From the NCBI RefSeq assembly GCF_044647545.1, contig NZ_CP172818.1: a stretch of DNA of 64,000 nt; one strand, given 5' to 3'. The notes below the pieces were generated by a model, which searched no databases, was not told the DNA's origin, and was given only the letters and a program-made list of their open reading frames with translations. Position numbers and translations under genes: made by a program. Shown piece by piece: positions 32,238 to 43,938 of the stretch. Each line of letters begins with the position of its first letter. Positions within the stretch are counted from its first letter, which is position 1. The DNA comes from Escherichia coli (lineage in GTDB: Bacteria; Pseudomonadota; Gammaproteobacteria; Enterobacterales; Enterobacteriaceae).

Positions 32238-32473
32238 CTGTCCAACTTTTTGGGGTCAGTACACACTTTGATTTATAGTCAGGTGGGGCTTTTCTCTGTC
32301 TGCCTTTCGGTGAATACCTGAGACAAACAGTCTCAAGCACCCGTGGCTATTCTAGCTTAATAAGTTCGTTTCTTCTCCTTGATATAATCCTAAAAAAATC
32401 TCATAAAATTAATATATGAGACAATCTTTATTCAGCAGAAGATTATTAAAGGTTGCTCTATTATTTAGCGATA

Positions 32474-32502
32474 AAAAAGCCTGCCAGATGGCAGGCTTTT
32501 TA
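32474..32502 (-). terminator. Rho-independent terminator of glyQS
   Basis: Hairpin gcctgccagatggcaggc flanked by A-run and T-run (U-run on the minus strand), 13 nt downstream of the glyS stop. Confidence 0.75.
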
Positions 32503-32514
32503 ATAACGACGTTA

Positions 32515-34584
32515 TTACTGCAACAGCGAAATATCCGCAACTCGCAGGAATAATTCGCGCAGTTTCTCCAGCATGGTAAGACGGTTGATTCGCAATTCTT
32601 TGTCATCAACCATGACCATCACTTTATCGAAGAAGGCATCAACCGGTTCACGCAGCTCAGCCAGTTCGACCAGCGCATCCTGGTAACGACCTTCAGCAAA
32701 GTACGGCTCTAGCTTGTCACGTAGCACCACAACCTGCATCGCCAGTTTAATTTCTTCCGGCTCTTTCAGAGTAGAGGCATTCACGCGGTCGCTCAGCACT
32801 TCGTCAGATTTCGCCAGAATGTTAGATACACGCTTGTTCGCCGCCGCCAGTGCTGCAGCTGCATCCAGGGTACGGAAGTGCGATACCGCTTTCATTCGGG
32901 CATCGAAATCAGCCGGACGAGTCGGACGACGCGCCAGTACCGCCTGGATGGTGTCAACGGTGTAACCTTCGTCCTGATACCAGGCGCGGAAGCGACCGAG
33001 CATAAAGTCGATAACATCATCAACCACGTTGGCATTAGTCAGCTTATCGCCATACAGACGCACTGCTTCTTCGGTCAGGGTTTGCAGGTCAAGATTGAGG
33101 TTCTTCTCAACGATAATACGCAGCACGCCAAGTGCGGCACGACGCAACGCAAACGGGTCTTTGTCGCCTTTCGGATGCTGGCCGATACCGAAGATACCCG
33201 CCAGAGTATCCATCTTGTCAGCAATCGCCAGCGCACAGGCTACCGGGTTAGACGGCAGGTCATCACCGGCAAAGCGCGGCTGATACTGCTCGTTCAGCGC
33301 CACGGCAACATCTTCCGCTTCGCCATCGTGACGCGCGTAGTGCATCCCCATAACGCCCTGGGTGTCGGTGAACTCGAAGACCATGTTGGTCATCAGGTCG
33401 CACTTGGACAGCAGGCCCGCACGGGTTGCGTGGTTAACGTCAGCGCCAATCTGTTCAGCAATCCAGCCAGCCAGCGCCTGGATGCGGTCAGTTTTGTCGC
33501 GCAGTGTACCCAGCTGTTGCTGGAACAACACGGTTTGCAGGCGCGGCAGGTTATCTTCAAGACGTTTTTTACGGTCGGTATTGAAGAAGAACTCGGCATC
33601 CGCCAGACGTGGACGAACGACTTTCTCGTTACCGGAGATAATCTGCTGCGGATCTTTCGATTCGATGTTGGCAACGAAGATAAAGTTCGGCAGCAGTTTG
33701 CCGTCGTTCGCATACACCGGGAAGTATTTCTGGTCACCTTTCATGGTGTAAACCAGCGCTTCAGACGGCACCGCGAGGAATTTCTCTTCGAATTTTGCGG
33801 TCAGCACAACCGGCCATTCCACCAGCGAAGCGACTTCTTCCAACAGGCTTTCGCTTAAGTCAGCGTTACCGCCAATCTTACGCGCCGCTTCTTCGGCATC
33901 GGCTTTAATCTTCGCCTTACGTTCTTCGTAATCGGCGATGACTTTCCCGCGCTCACGCAGAATTTCCGGATACTGATCAGCATTGTCGATAGTGAATTCC
34001 GGCTCGCCCATAAAGCGGTGGCCGCGAATCACGCGATCGGACTGAATGCCCAGAATGGTAGCCGGAATAACTTTGTCGCCCAGCAGCAGGGTCACGGTGT
34101 GCACCGGACGCACGAAGTGCACGTCGCTTGCACCCCAACGCATCAGTTTCGGGATCGGCAGTTTCGCCAGCGAAGTCGCAACCATATTCGGCAGCAGTGC
34201 TTCGGTGCTTTCGCCCTTCACGTGGGCGCGATACAGCAGCCATTCACCTTTATCGGTAGTCAGACGCTCAGCCTGGTCAACGGTAATACCGCAACCACGC
34301 GCCCAGCCTTCTGCCGCTTTGCTCGGTTTGCCTTCAGCGTCGAACGCCTGAGCAATCGCCGGGCCGCGTTTTTCGATTTCACGATCCGGTTGCGCTTCCG
34401 CCAGGTTAGCTACTTTCAGCGCCAGACGACGCGGAGCAGCAAACCATTGAACGGTGCCGTGTGCGAGGCCAGCGTTATCCAGCTCCGCAGTAAAGTTCGC
34501 AGCAAAGGACTCAGCCAGGCTGCGCAGTGCTTTTGGTGGCAGCTCTTCAGTGCCGATTTCCACCAGAAAAGTTTTCTCAGACAT
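32515..34584 (-). CDS. glyS: Glycine--tRNA ligase beta subunit
   Basis: 689-aa [23 protein letters not shown]...; directly downstream of glyQ. Confidence 0.95.
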   Translation of the reverse strand: MSEKTFLVEIGTEELPPKALRSLAESFAANFTAELDNAGLAHGTVQWFAAPRRLALKVANLAEAQPDREIEKRGPAIAQAFDAEGKPSKAAEGWARGCGITVDQAERLTTDKGEWLLYRAHVKGESTEALLPNMVATSLAKLPIPKLMRWGASDVHFVRPVHTVTLLLGDKVIPATILGIQSDRVIRGHRFMGEPEFTIDNADQYPEILRERGKVIADYEERKAKIKADAEEAARKIGGNADLSESLLEEVASLVEWPVVLTAKFEEKFLAVPSEALVYTMKGDQKYFPVYANDGKLLPNFIFVANIESKDPQQIISGNEKVVRPRLADAEFFFNTDRKKRLEDNLPRLQTVLFQQQLGTLRDKTDRIQALAGWIAEQIGADVNHATRAGLLSKCDLMTNMVFEFTDTQGVMGMHYARHDGEAEDVAVALNEQYQPRFAGDDLPSNPVACALAIADKMDTLAGIFGIGQHPKGDKDPFALRRAALGVLRIIVEKNLNLDLQTLTEEAVRLYGDKLTNANVVDDVIDFMLGRFRAWYQDEGYTVDTIQAVLARRPTRPADFDARMKAVSHFRTLDAAAALAAANKRVSNILAKSDEVLSDRVNASTLKEPEEIKLAMQVVVLRDKLEPYFAEGRYQDALVELAELREPVDAFFDKVMVMVDDKELRINRLTMLEKLRELFLRVADISLLQ

Positions 34585-34593
34585 AGCCGCCTC

Positions 34594-35505
34594 TTACTTA
34601 TCTTTGTTGCACATCGGGAAGCCGAGGGCTTCACGGGAAGCGTAGTATGCTTCTGCCACTGCTTTGGTCAGGGTGCGAATGCGCAGAATATAGCGCTGAC
34701 GCTCGGTGACGGAGATGGCTTTACGCGCATCCAGCAGGTTGAAGCTGTGGGCGGCTTTCAGAATACGCTCGTAGGCTGGCAGCGGCAGCGGATTTTCCAG
34801 CGCCAGCAGCTGCTGCGCTTCTTTCTCGTACTGCTCAAAGCAGGTGAACAGGAAGTCCACATCCGCGTATTCGAAGTTGTAAGTGGACTGCTCCACTTCG
34901 TTCTGATGGAACACGTCGCCGTAGGTGGTTTTACCCAGCGGGCCGTCGCTCCAGACCAGGTCGTAAACGCTGTCTACGCCCTGAATGTACATTGCCAGAC
35001 GTTCCAGACCGTAGGTGATCTCGCCGGTAACCGGTTTACACTCCAGACCACCAACCTGCTGGAAGTAAGTGAACTGCGTCACTTCCATGCCGTTCAGCCA
35101 CACTTCCCAGCCCAGCCCCCAGGCACCCAGCGTCGGGTTTTCCCAGTTATCTTCCACGAAACGGATGTCGTGGATGGTCGGGTCCATGCCCAGCTCTTTC
35201 AGAGAACCAAGGTACAGCTCCTGAATATTGTCCGGCGATGGCTTAATGACCACCTGGAACTGATAGTAGTGCTGTAAACGGTTGGGGTTTTCGCCGTAGC
35301 GACCATCGGTCGGGCGACGAGAAGGCTGAACATAAGCAGCCGCCATCGGTTCTGGCCCCAGCGCGCGCAGACAGGTCATTGGGTGAGAGGTTCCCGCGCC
35401 GACTTCCATGTCCAATGGTTGAACAATGGTGCAGCCCTGGCGAGCCCAGTAATCCTGTAAGGTCAGGATCAAGCCCTGGAAGGTCCTGGTATCAAACTTT
35501 TGCAT
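34594..35505 (-). CDS. glyQ: Glycine--tRNA ligase alpha subunit
   Basis: 303-aa [45 protein letters not shown]... Confidence 0.95.
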
Positions 35506-35599
35506 ATTATTTCGTGCTGGATACGTGTGGATTTAAAGGAAGGGATCAGTATACCCGCTGGATGGAAGATATACAGTACGAAACGGGAAAAAGCAGGGC

Positions 35600-35908
35600 T
35601 TAACGCATGGAAAGATGCAAAAAATGGCCATCTGCGTCAAAAGAACAGACAAACTGCTCTTTACGGAAGGTATAACCGCGCATTTCGTAGCTCCCCTGAA
35701 ACTGTTCAAATGCGGTGACGTCGATTTTTTGCGCACCTGTATTATAGCGTTTTGCCGCCTGATCTTTGCATAGCCCTTCCATATTCAACGAACGCAGAGG
35801 ATCAACCTTTACCCGTTGTGCTTTCTGCACGGGTGGCGGTGTAGAACAACCCACTAGCGCCATAAGCACCATAAGCGCCATTGCCGGAAAGAAAGCGTTC
35901 ATCATCAT
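35600..35908 (-). CDS. ysaB: Uncharacterized lipoprotein YsaB
   Basis: About 100-aa ORF with signal peptide and lipobox LVGC; start ambiguous among three consecutive ATG codons. Confidence 0.6.
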   Translation of the reverse strand: MMMNAFFPAMALMVLMALVGCSTPPPVQKAQRVKVDPLRSLNMEGLCKDQAAKRYNTGAQKIDVTAFEQFQGSYEMRGYTFRKEQFVCSFDADGHFLHLSMR

Positions 35909-36082
35909 TAAATTACCGTCTGGTTTGCAGGTGAGTCTTATTATTTATATCGGTATAGTGGCTGATATCTTACGAATTTCCTTAAGCCTCTATAAGCTGT
36001 AGTGATAAAACTCAGATTATTCCAGTGCGCCAACCGAATGATTTATCGGTCAGACTTTTTTTAACCAGATACAGAGACACAG

Positions 36083-37078
36083 ATGCAGCCCAAAATTTAC
36101 TGGATTGATAACCTGCGAGGGATAGCGTGTTTAATGGTGGTGATGATTCACACCACTACCTGGTATGTGACCAATGCTCATAGTGTTAGCCCCGTCACAT
36201 GGGATATCGCCAATGTTCTGAATTCTGCCTCTCGTGTCAGCGTGCCGCTATTTTTCATGATTTCCGGCTATCTCTTTTTTGGCGTACGCAGCGCCCAGCC
36301 GCGCCATTTCTTGCGTATCGGCTTATGTCTGCTTTTTTATAGCGCAATCGCACTGCTCTACATTGCGCTATTTACCTCCATCAATGTAGAGATAGCGCTT
36401 AAAAACCTGCTGCAAAAGCCTGTTTTTTACCACTTATGGTTTTTCTTCGCGATTGCGGTGATTTATCTGGTTTCACCGCTGATTCAGGTGAAGAACGTCG
36501 GCGGAAAAATGTTGCTGGTGCTAATGGTGGTGATTGGTATCATCGCTAACCCAAACACCGTGCCGCAGAAAATCGACGGTTTTGAATGGCTGCCAATTAA
36601 CTTATATATCAATGGCGATACTTTTTACTACATCCTGTATGGCATGTTGGGCCGCGCTATAGGGATGATGGACACACAGCATAAAGCACTGTCGTGGGTG
36701 TGCGCCGCACTGTTTGCGACGGGGGTTTTTATTATCTCTCGCGGGACATTATATGAATTGCAGTGGCGCGGAAATTTTGCCGATACCTGGTATCTTTACT
36801 GTGGGCCGATGGTTTTTATCTGCGCAATCACGCTATTGACTCTGGTTAAAAACACGCTGGATACACACACTGTTCCCGGGCTTGGGCTGATATCACGCCA
36901 TTCTTTAGGTATATACGGGTTCCATGCATTGATTATCCATGCGCTGCGTACCCGGGGGATTGAGCTTAAAAACTGGCCAATACTCGATATTATTTGGATC
37001 TTTTGCGCGACGTTGGCAGCGAGTTTGTTACTTTCTATGCTGGTACAACAAATCGACAGAAACAGACTAGTGAGTTAA
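36083..37078 (+). CDS. wecH: O-acetyltransferase WecH (enterobacterial common antigen acetylation), acyltransferase-3 family
   Basis: 331-aa polytopic membrane [28 protein letters not shown]... Confidence 0.8.
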   Translation: MQPKIYWIDNLRGIACLMVVMIHTTTWYVTNAHSVSPVTWDIANVLNSASRVSVPLFFMISGYLFFGVRSAQPRHFLRIGLCLLFYSAIALLYIALFTSINVEIALKNLLQKPVFYHLWFFFAIAVIYLVSPLIQVKNVGGKMLLVLMVVIGIIANPNTVPQKIDGFEWLPINLYINGDTFYYILYGMLGRAIGMMDTQHKALSWVCAALFATGVFIISRGTLYELQWRGNFADTWYLYCGPMVFICAITLLTLVKNTLDTHTVPGLGLISRHSLGIYGFHALIIHALRTRGIELKNWPILDIIWIFCATLAASLLLSMLVQQIDRNRLVS

Positions 37079-37084
37079 ATAAAA

Positions 37085-37110
37085 GCCCGGTCACATTGGA
37101 CTGACCGGGC
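37085..37110. terminator. Bidirectional hairpin terminator between convergent wecH and yiaA
   Basis: Perfect inverted repeat gcccggtca...tgaccgggc flanked by A-run and T-rich sequence. Confidence 0.5.
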
Positions 37111-37119
37111 TTATGTGAA

Positions 37120-37560
37120 TTATTCGCTGTATTCTTCCTGGGTAACCTGTGTTTCTTTTGGTGGGTTTATTCCGGCATCACGAATATTCTTCTGCACCGC
37201 TACTGCACCAAACAAGCTTAAGAAGAAAGCCAGTCCATAAAAACCTTTCTCGCTGAGTAATAACGTCGCATTCCACAGACCTACCATCAGTAACGCAACA
37301 GAGATAATAAAGACAGTCAGGCAGGTCATATAATAAATGGAGGTGGTCGGTATGCCTTCATACTTGTCCCGAACGGTCTTTTGATAAGACGCCGCAGAAA
37401 ACAGTCCTAATACCAGTACGGCAAAATAATATCCTTTTTCATTTAACTGCATCTCTGCATTCCATAGCCCTAACAGATAGGTAACGATACCACCAACGAG
37501 AGCTATCCATGACACAATACTAAATGCCGGTGAATAGGTTGATATTTTGTTGTCCATCAC
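37120..37560 (-). CDS. yiaA: Inner membrane protein YiaA
   Basis: About 145-aa ORF with four hydrophobic segments; internally duplicated and paralogous to adjacent yiaB. Confidence 0.7.
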
Positions 37561-37602
37561 AGTATTCCTTTCATTCCTGAATGTGTAAGAGGTTTATGTT
37601 GC

Positions 37603-37944
37603 TCATGCCGAGCGAAACAAACGCATTTGACCAAACAAGCAGACAAAAAAGGCGATGGGATAAATCACCATTTCATAAGCATTGATAGGTGCGTTTAAAA
37701 CACCGATAAACAAGAGACCGATAGTGATTAACGCCAGCAACTGGCAGACGCGGATAAAAAAATCATCCAGTTGCCCGAGTTTTTCTGCGCGAAGATATGC
37801 ATAATTGCCAAAAGTTGCTGTCATTAACACGCCAAGAAAATAGCCTTTTCCACTTAACAATGGGCATGAGATCCATAGCCCAACCAGATAAACCAGCGCC
37901 CCGACAACAAATAATAGTTTTGCCACAGTCTTTGAGGTTTTCAT
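37603..37944 (-). CDS. yiaB: Inner membrane protein YiaB
   Basis: ORF trimmed to MKTSKTVAKLLFVVGALVY (113 aa); YiaA/YiaB family. Confidence 0.7.
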   Translation of the reverse strand: MKTSKTVAKLLFVVGALVYLVGLWISCPLLSGKGYFLGVLMTATFGNYAYLRAEKLGQLDDFFIRVCQLLALITIGLLFIGVLNAPINAYEMVIYPIAFFVCLFGQMRLFRSA

Positions 37945-38112
37945 AACGATCTCCATATCTACCAGCGATACATTACGAGTAACCAACGAAAGACAAAACT
38001 GAAAAATGCCATTAACAAATGATTTTCAGAATAAATTCATACTAAATATTAATTAATTACTGAGATATATAGATGTGAATTATCCCCCACCCGGTCAGGC
38101 AGGGGATAACGT

Positions 38113-39567
38113 TTACGCCATTAATGGCAGAAGTTGCTGATAGAGGCGACGGAACGTTTCTCGTCGTGGCTGATAAGCGGCATAACGCTGCGCATCTGGT
38201 AGATGCGACTGTTCTAACGGTAGCTGCGGCAACAACTCAATGAGCGATTTCTCTGGATTCGCCGCAATCTGCGCCAGCCTTGCTGCGCCCAGTGCTGGCC
38301 CCACATCCCCCCCCGTACGGTAATCGAGCTGCTGACCGCTGATATCCGCCAGCATCTGACGCCAGTACTCACTACGAGCCCCGCCACCAATCAGCGTAAC
38401 ACTTTGCGGTTTAATGCCGCAGGCATGTACGACATCCATGCCATCTGCCAGCGCATAACCCACGCCTTCCAGCACTGCTCGCGCCAGTTCATTAGCACCA
38501 TGTTGATGGGTCAAACCAAAGAAAACCCCCTTCGCCTGGGGATTGTTGTGTGGCGTACGTTCACCGGAAAGATAAGGCAGAAACCAGACAGGCTCGGTAC
38601 TTTCATCAGCCTGTTGAGCAGCCGCGATTAAAGCTGGAACATTGCTCAGACCGGTTAATTTTGCGGCCCAATCCAGGCAAGAAGCCGCACTCAGCATCAC
38701 AGACATTAAATGCCAACGCTGCGGGAGCGCATGGCAAAAGCTGTGTACGGCGCTTTCTGGCTTGCTTAAGAATCCTTCGCTGACAGCAAAATAGACCCCC
38801 GACGTCCCCAGCGATAACATTGCCTGATTAGCATCAACCATTCCCACACCAATCGCACCAGCTGCATTATCGCCACCGCCTGCGACAACAGGCACCGCCG
38901 CCATACCCCACGCTTTCGCAACTTCAGGTAGCAAAGCACCAGTAATTTCGCTGCCTTCGTATAATGCGGGCATCTGGTCACGAGATAAGTGGCAAGCCTG
39001 CAGCATGAGATCGCTCCAGTCACGCTTTGCGACATCCAGCCACATAGTGCCAGCTGCGTCAGACATATCGCTGGCAAACTCCCCCGTCATACGCAGACGC
39101 AAGTAATCTTTCGGTAATAATACTTTATCGATTTGACGGAATATCTCCGGCTCATGCCGCTGAACCCATAACAATTTAGGCGCAGTAAATCCGGGCATCA
39201 TCAGGTTGCCGGTAATCACCCGCGATTGCGGAACTCGCGCTTCCAGCAAAGTGCACTCTTGCGCACAGCGCCCGTCGTTCCACAAAATGGCAGGGCGTAA
39301 CACCCGTTGCTGAGTATCCAGTAAGGTTGCACCGTGCATCTGTCCGGCAATACCTAATGCTTTAACGTCTTGCAGAGAATGCTGAACGCCCAGAGCTTTC
39401 ATTGCGCGATCAGTTGCCTGCCACCACTGTTCCGGGTCTTGTTCCGACCAGAGTGGATGCGGGCGCGAAACGGTCAGCTTTTCCGTTTGCGCAGCAACCA
39501 CCTCACCCTGCTCATTGAGCAAAATAACTTTTACGCCCGAGGTGCCAAGATCTATCCCGATATACAT
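38113..39567 (-). CDS. xylB: Xylulokinase
   Basis: 484-aa ORF MYIGIDLGTSGVKVILLNEQGEVV... (FGGY carbohydrate kinase N-terminus). Confidence 0.9.
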   Translation of the reverse strand: MYIGIDLGTSGVKVILLNEQGEVVAAQTEKLTVSRPHPLWSEQDPEQWWQATDRAMKALGVQHSLQDVKALGIAGQMHGATLLDTQQRVLRPAILWNDGRCAQECTLLEARVPQSRVITGNLMMPGFTAPKLLWVQRHEPEIFRQIDKVLLPKDYLRLRMTGEFASDMSDAAGTMWLDVAKRDWSDLMLQACHLSRDQMPALYEGSEITGALLPEVAKAWGMAAVPVVAGGGDNAAGAIGVGMVDANQAMLSLGTSGVYFAVSEGFLSKPESAVHSFCHALPQRWHLMSVMLSAASCLDWAAKLTGLSNVPALIAAAQQADESTEPVWFLPYLSGERTPHNNPQAKGVFFGLTHQHGANELARAVLEGVGYALADGMDVVHACGIKPQSVTLIGGGARSEYWRQMLADISGQQLDYRTGGDVGPALGAARLAQIAANPEKSLIELLPQLPLEQSHLPDAQRYAAYQPRRETFRRLYQQLLPLMA

Positions 39568-39638
39568 ATCGATCGTTCCTTAAAAAAATGCCCGGTATCG
39601 CTACTGATAACCGGGCCAACGGACTGCACAGTTAGCCG

Positions 39639-40961
39639 TTATTTGTCGAACAGATAATGATTTACCAGATTTTCCAGTTGCTCCTGGCGACCACTCTGAT
39701 GCACCGGAGACAAATTATGTTCCTGAGCATATTTGGCTAAATCTGCCAGTGACATTTGGCCTTTCAGGATTTGCTGGCCTAATTCGCTATTCCAGCCGGA
39801 ATAACGCTGCGCGATGCGTTTATCCAGCTCGCCATCTTCAATCATGCGCGCTGCAATTTTCAGCGCCAACGCCATCGTATCCATCGCGCCGATATGACCG
39901 TAAAACAGATCATATTTATCAGTACTTTGACGACGTACTTTGGCATCGAAGTTCAGACCACCGGTGGTGAAACCGCCTGCTTTGAGAATTTCATACATCA
40001 CCAGCGCATTCTCTTCCACACTGTTCGGGAACTGGTCGGTGTCCCAGCCCAGTTGCGCATCGCCACGGTTGGCGTCGACAGAACCGAACAGGCCAAGCGC
40101 AATGGCGGTGGCTATTTCATGATGGAAAGAGTGACCTGCCAGCGTCGCGTGGTTAGCTTCAATATTCAGTTTAATCTCTTTTTCCAGACCAAACTGTTTC
40201 AGGAAGCCATAGACCGTCGCAGCATCGTAATCATATTGATGTTTGGTCGGTTCTTGCGGTTTCGGTTCGATAAGCAACGTCCCCTGGAAACCGATTTTAT
40301 GTTTATGCTCAACCACCATCTGCATAAAGCGGCCCAGCTGTTCACGCTCCTGACGCAAGTCGGTATTTAACAGCGTTTCGTAACCTTCACGACCGCCCCA
40401 CAGGACATAGTTTTCACCGCCCAATTTATGGGTTGCTTCCATCGCTGTAACAACTTGCGTTGCCGCCCAACTGAAGACTTCAGGATCTGGGTTCGTCGCC
40501 GCACCCGCGCCATAACGAGGGTTTGTAAAGCAGTTAGCGGTTCCCCACAGCAGCTTCACGCCGCTCTCTTCTTGCTTGCCTGCCAGGACATCAACCATTT
40601 GCGCAAAATTATTGATGTACTCTTTTAACGACGCGCCCTCAGGGGAAACATCCACATCGTGGAAGCAATAAAATGGCACATGTAACTTGTGGAAAAACTC
40701 AAATGCGACATCTGCTTTACGCTTCGCCAACGCCAGTGCCTCACCAGGCTGCTGCCACGGACGATTAAACGCCCCCACACCAAACATGTCCGCCCCGTTC
40801 CAGCAGAAGGTGTGCCAGTAGCAGGCGGCAAATCGCAAGTGCTCTTCCATACGCTTGCCCAACACCAGTTCGTCGGGATTGTAGTGACGGAATGCTAACG
40901 GGTTTGAGGATTTTGAGCCTTCATAACGAACGCGATCGAGCTGGTCAAAATAGGCTTGCAT
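39639..40961 (-). CDS. xylA: Xylose isomerase
   Basis: ORF trimmed to [31 protein letters not shown] (440 aa). Confidence 0.9.
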
Positions 40962-41326
40962 ATTGAACTCCATAATCAGGTAATGCCGCGGGTGATGGAT
41001 GATGTCGTAATATTGGGCACTCCCTTTCAGTTGCTCAATTATGTTATTTCACACTGCTATTGAGATAATTCACAAGTGTGCGCTCGCTCGCAAAATAAAA
41101 TGGAATGATGAAACTGGGTAATTCCTCGAAGAGAAAAATGCAATAAGTACAATTGCGCAACAAAAGTAAGATCTCGGTCATAAATCAAGAAATAAACCAA
41201 AAATCGTAATCGAAAGATAAAAATCTGTAATTGTTTTCCCCTGTTTAGTTGCTAAAAATTGGTTACGTTTATCGCGGTGATTGTTACTTATTAAAGCTGT
41301 CCTCTAACTACAGAAGGCCCTACACC
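40962..41326. promoter_or_regulatory. Divergent xylAB / xylFGH control region (expected XylR and CRP binding sites)
   Basis: 365 bp AT-rich spacer between divergent xylA and xylF; regulation by XylR and CRP is established knowledge and the individual sites were not mapped here. Confidence 0.5.
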
Positions 41327-42319
41327 ATGAAAATAAAGAACATTCTACTCACCCTTTGCACCTCACTTCTGCTTACCAACGTTGCGGCTCACGCCAAAGA
41401 AGTCAAAATAGGTATGGCGATTGATGATCTCCGTCTTGAACGCTGGCAAAAAGATCGAGATATTTTTGTGAAAAAGGCAGAATCTCTCGGCGCGAAAGTA
41501 TTTGTACAGTCTGCAAATGGCAATGAAGAAACACAAATGTCGCAGATTGAAAACATGATTAACCGGGGTGTCGATGTTCTTGTCATTATTCCTTATAACG
41601 GTCAGGTATTAAGTAACGTTGTAAAAGAAGCCAAACAAGAAGGTATTAAAGTATTAGCTTACGACCGTATGATTAACGATGCGGATATCGATTTTTATAT
41701 TTCTTTCGATAACGAAAAAGTCGGTGAACTGCAGGCAAAAGCCCTGGTCGATATTGTTCCGCAAGGTAATTACTTCCTGATGGGCGGTTCGCCGGTAGAT
41801 AACAACGCCAAGCTGTTCCGCGCCGGGCAAATGAAAGTGTTACAACCTTACGTTGATTCCGGAAAAATTAAAGTCGTTGGTGACCAATGGGTTGATGGCT
41901 GGTTACCGGAAAACGCATTGAAAATTATGGAAAACGCGCTAACCGCCAATAATAACAAAATTGATGCTGTAGTTGCCTCAAACGATGCCACCGCAGGTGG
42001 GGCAATTCAGGCATTAAGCGCGCAAGGTTTATCAGGGAAAGTAGCAATTTCCGGCCAGGATGCGGATCTCGCAGGTATTAAACGTATTGCTGCCGGTACG
42101 CAAACTATGACGGTGTATAAACCTATTACGTTGTTGGCAAATACTGCCGCAGAAATTGCCGTTGAGTTGGGCAATGGTCAGGAACCAAAAGCAGATACCA
42201 CACTGAATAATGGCCTGAAAGATGTTCCCTCCCGCCTGCTGACACCGATCGATGTGAATAAAAACAACATCAAAGACACGGTAGTTAAAGACGGATTCCA
42301 CAAAGAGAGCGAGCTGTAA
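41327..42319 (+). CDS. xylF: D-xylose ABC transporter periplasmic binding protein
   Basis: ORF trimmed to MKIKNILLTLCTSLLLTNVAAHA (330 aa) with signal peptide. Confidence 0.9.
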   Translation: MKIKNILLTLCTSLLLTNVAAHAKEVKIGMAIDDLRLERWQKDRDIFVKKAESLGAKVFVQSANGNEETQMSQIENMINRGVDVLVIIPYNGQVLSNVVKEAKQEGIKVLAYDRMINDADIDFYISFDNEKVGELQAKALVDIVPQGNYFLMGGSPVDNNAKLFRAGQMKVLQPYVDSGKIKVVGDQWVDGWLPENALKIMENALTANNNKIDAVVASNDATAGGAIQALSAQGLSGKVAISGQDADLAGIKRIAAGTQTMTVYKPITLLANTAAEIAVELGNGQEPKADTTLNNGLKDVPSRLLTPIDVNKNNIKDTVVKDGFHKESEL

Positions 42320-42396
42320 GCGTTACGCCCCGGCGCAGAGCGGGGGCGTGATTTCTCTCCATGCCGCGTGAATGAATTGGCTTAGGTGGAGTCGTT

Positions 42397-43938
42397 ATGC
42401 CTTATCTACTTGAAATGAAGAACATTACCAAAACCTTCGGCAGTGTGAAGGCGATTGATAACGTCAGCTTGCGGTTGAATGCTGGCGAAATCGTCTCACT
42501 CTGTGGGGAAAATGGGTCTGGTAAATCAACGCTGATGAAAGTGCTGTGTGGTATTTATCCCCATGGCTCCTACGAAGGCGACATTATTTTTGCGGGAGAA
42601 GAGATTCAGGCGAGTCACATCCGCGATACCGAACGCAAAGGTATCGCCATCATTCACCAGGAATTGGCCCTGGTGAAAGAATTGACCGTACTGGAAAATA
42701 TTTTCCTGGGTAACGAAATAACCCACAATGGTATTATGGACTATGATCTGATGACGCTACGCTGTCAGAAGCTGCTCGCACAGGTCAGTTTATCCATTTC
42801 ACCTGATACCCGCGTTGGCGATTTAGGACTTGGGCAACAACAACTGGTTGAAATTGCCAAGGCACTTAATAAACAGGTGCGCTTGTTAATTCTCGATGAG
42901 CCGACAGCCTCATTAACTGAGCAGGAAACGTCGGTTTTACTGGATATTATTCGCGATCTACAACAGCACGGTATCGCCTGTATTTATATTTCGCACAAAC
43001 TCAACGAAGTCAAAGCGATTTCCGATACGATTTGCGTTATTCGCGACGGTCAGCACATTGGCACGCGTGATGCTGCTGGAATGAGTGAAGACGATATTAT
43101 CACCATGATGGTCGGGCGAGAGTTAACCGCGCTTTACCCTAATGAACCACATACCACCGGAGATGAAATATTACGTATTGAACATCTGACGGCATGGCAT
43201 CCGGTTAATCGTCATATTAAACGAGTTAATGATGTCTCGTTTTCCCTGAAACGTGGCGAAATACTGGGTATTGCCGGACTCGTTGGTGCCGGACGTACCG
43301 AGACTATTCAGTGCCTGTTTGGTGTGTGGCCCGGACAATGGGAAGGGAAAATTTATATTGACGGCAAACAGGTAGATATTCGTAACTGTCAGCAAGCCAT
43401 CGCCCAGGGGATTGCGATGGTACCCGAAGACAGAAAGCGCGACGGCATCGTTCCGGTAATGGCGGTTGGTAAAAATATTACCCTCGCCGCACTCAATAAA
43501 TTTACCGGCGGTATTAGCCAGCTTGATGACGCGGCAGAGCAAAAATGTATTCTGGAATCAATCCAGCAACTCAAAGTTAAAACGTCGTCCTCCGACCTTG
43601 CTATTGGACGTTTGAGCGGCGGCAATCAACAAAAAGCGATCCTCGCTCGCTGTCTGTTACTTAACCCGCGCATTCTCATTCTTGATGAACCCACCAGGGG
43701 TATCGATATTGGCGCGAAATACGAGATCTACAAATTAATTAACCAACTCGTCCAGCAGGGTATTGCCGTTATTGTCATCTCTTCCGAATTACCTGAAGTG
43801 CTCGGCCTTAGCGATCGTGTACTGGTGATGCATGAAGGGAAACTAAAAGCCAACCTGATAAATCATAACCTGACTCAGGAGCAGGTGATGGAAGCCGCAT
43901 TGAGGAGCGAACATCATGTCGAAAAGCAATCCGTCTGA
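42397..43938 (+). CDS. xylG: D-xylose ABC transporter ATP-binding protein (two fused ABC domains)
   Basis: 513-aa ORF; Walker [10 protein letters not shown]; second ABC signature LSGGNQQK. Confidence 0.9.
   Translation: MPYLLEMKNITKTFGSVKAIDNVSLRLNAGEIVSLCGENGSGKSTLMKVLCGIYPHGSYEGDIIFAGEEIQASHIRDTERKGIAIIHQELALVKELTVLENIFLGNEITHNGIMDYDLMTLRCQKLLAQVSLSISPDTRVGDLGLGQQQLVEIAKALNKQVRLLILDEPTASLTEQETSVLLDIIRDLQQHGIACIYISHKLNEVKAISDTICVIRDGQHIGTRDAAGMSEDDIITMMVGRELTALYPNEPHTTGDEILRIEHLTAWHPVNRHIKRVNDVSFSLKRGEILGIAGLVGAGRTETIQCLFGVWPGQWEGKIYIDGKQVDIRNCQQAIAQGIAMVPEDRKRDGIVPVMAVGKNITLAALNKFTGGISQLDDAAEQKCILESIQQLKVKTSSSDLAIGRLSGGNQQKAILARCLLLNPRILILDEPTRGIDIGAKYEIYKLINQLVQQGIAVIVISSELPEVLGLSDRVLVMHEGKLKANLINHNLTQEQVMEAALRSEHHVEKQSV

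Larger units (their letters stand above)
30821..32263 (+). mobile_element. Insertion sequence IS150 (IS3 family), 1443 bp with imperfect terminal inverted repeats
   Basis: Left end TGTACTGCACCCATTTTGTTGGACG and right end ...CCAACTTTTTGGGGTCAGTACA form imperfect inverted repeats; contains the insJ and insK ORFs; length equals the 1443 bp I recall for IS150. Confidence 0.85.

Noticed and set aside
30821-32263. IS150 as part of a larger composite transposon or genomic island
   Set aside because: Only a single copy is present, and the flanking genes (cspA, hokA, glyS) are core genes in their normal order; no cargo genes are carried.
32878-35277. 326-aa and 419-aa plus-strand ORFs opposite glyS and glyQ
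   Set aside because: Antisense to essential, highly conserved glyQS; low-complexity Arg/Gln/Phe-rich translations.
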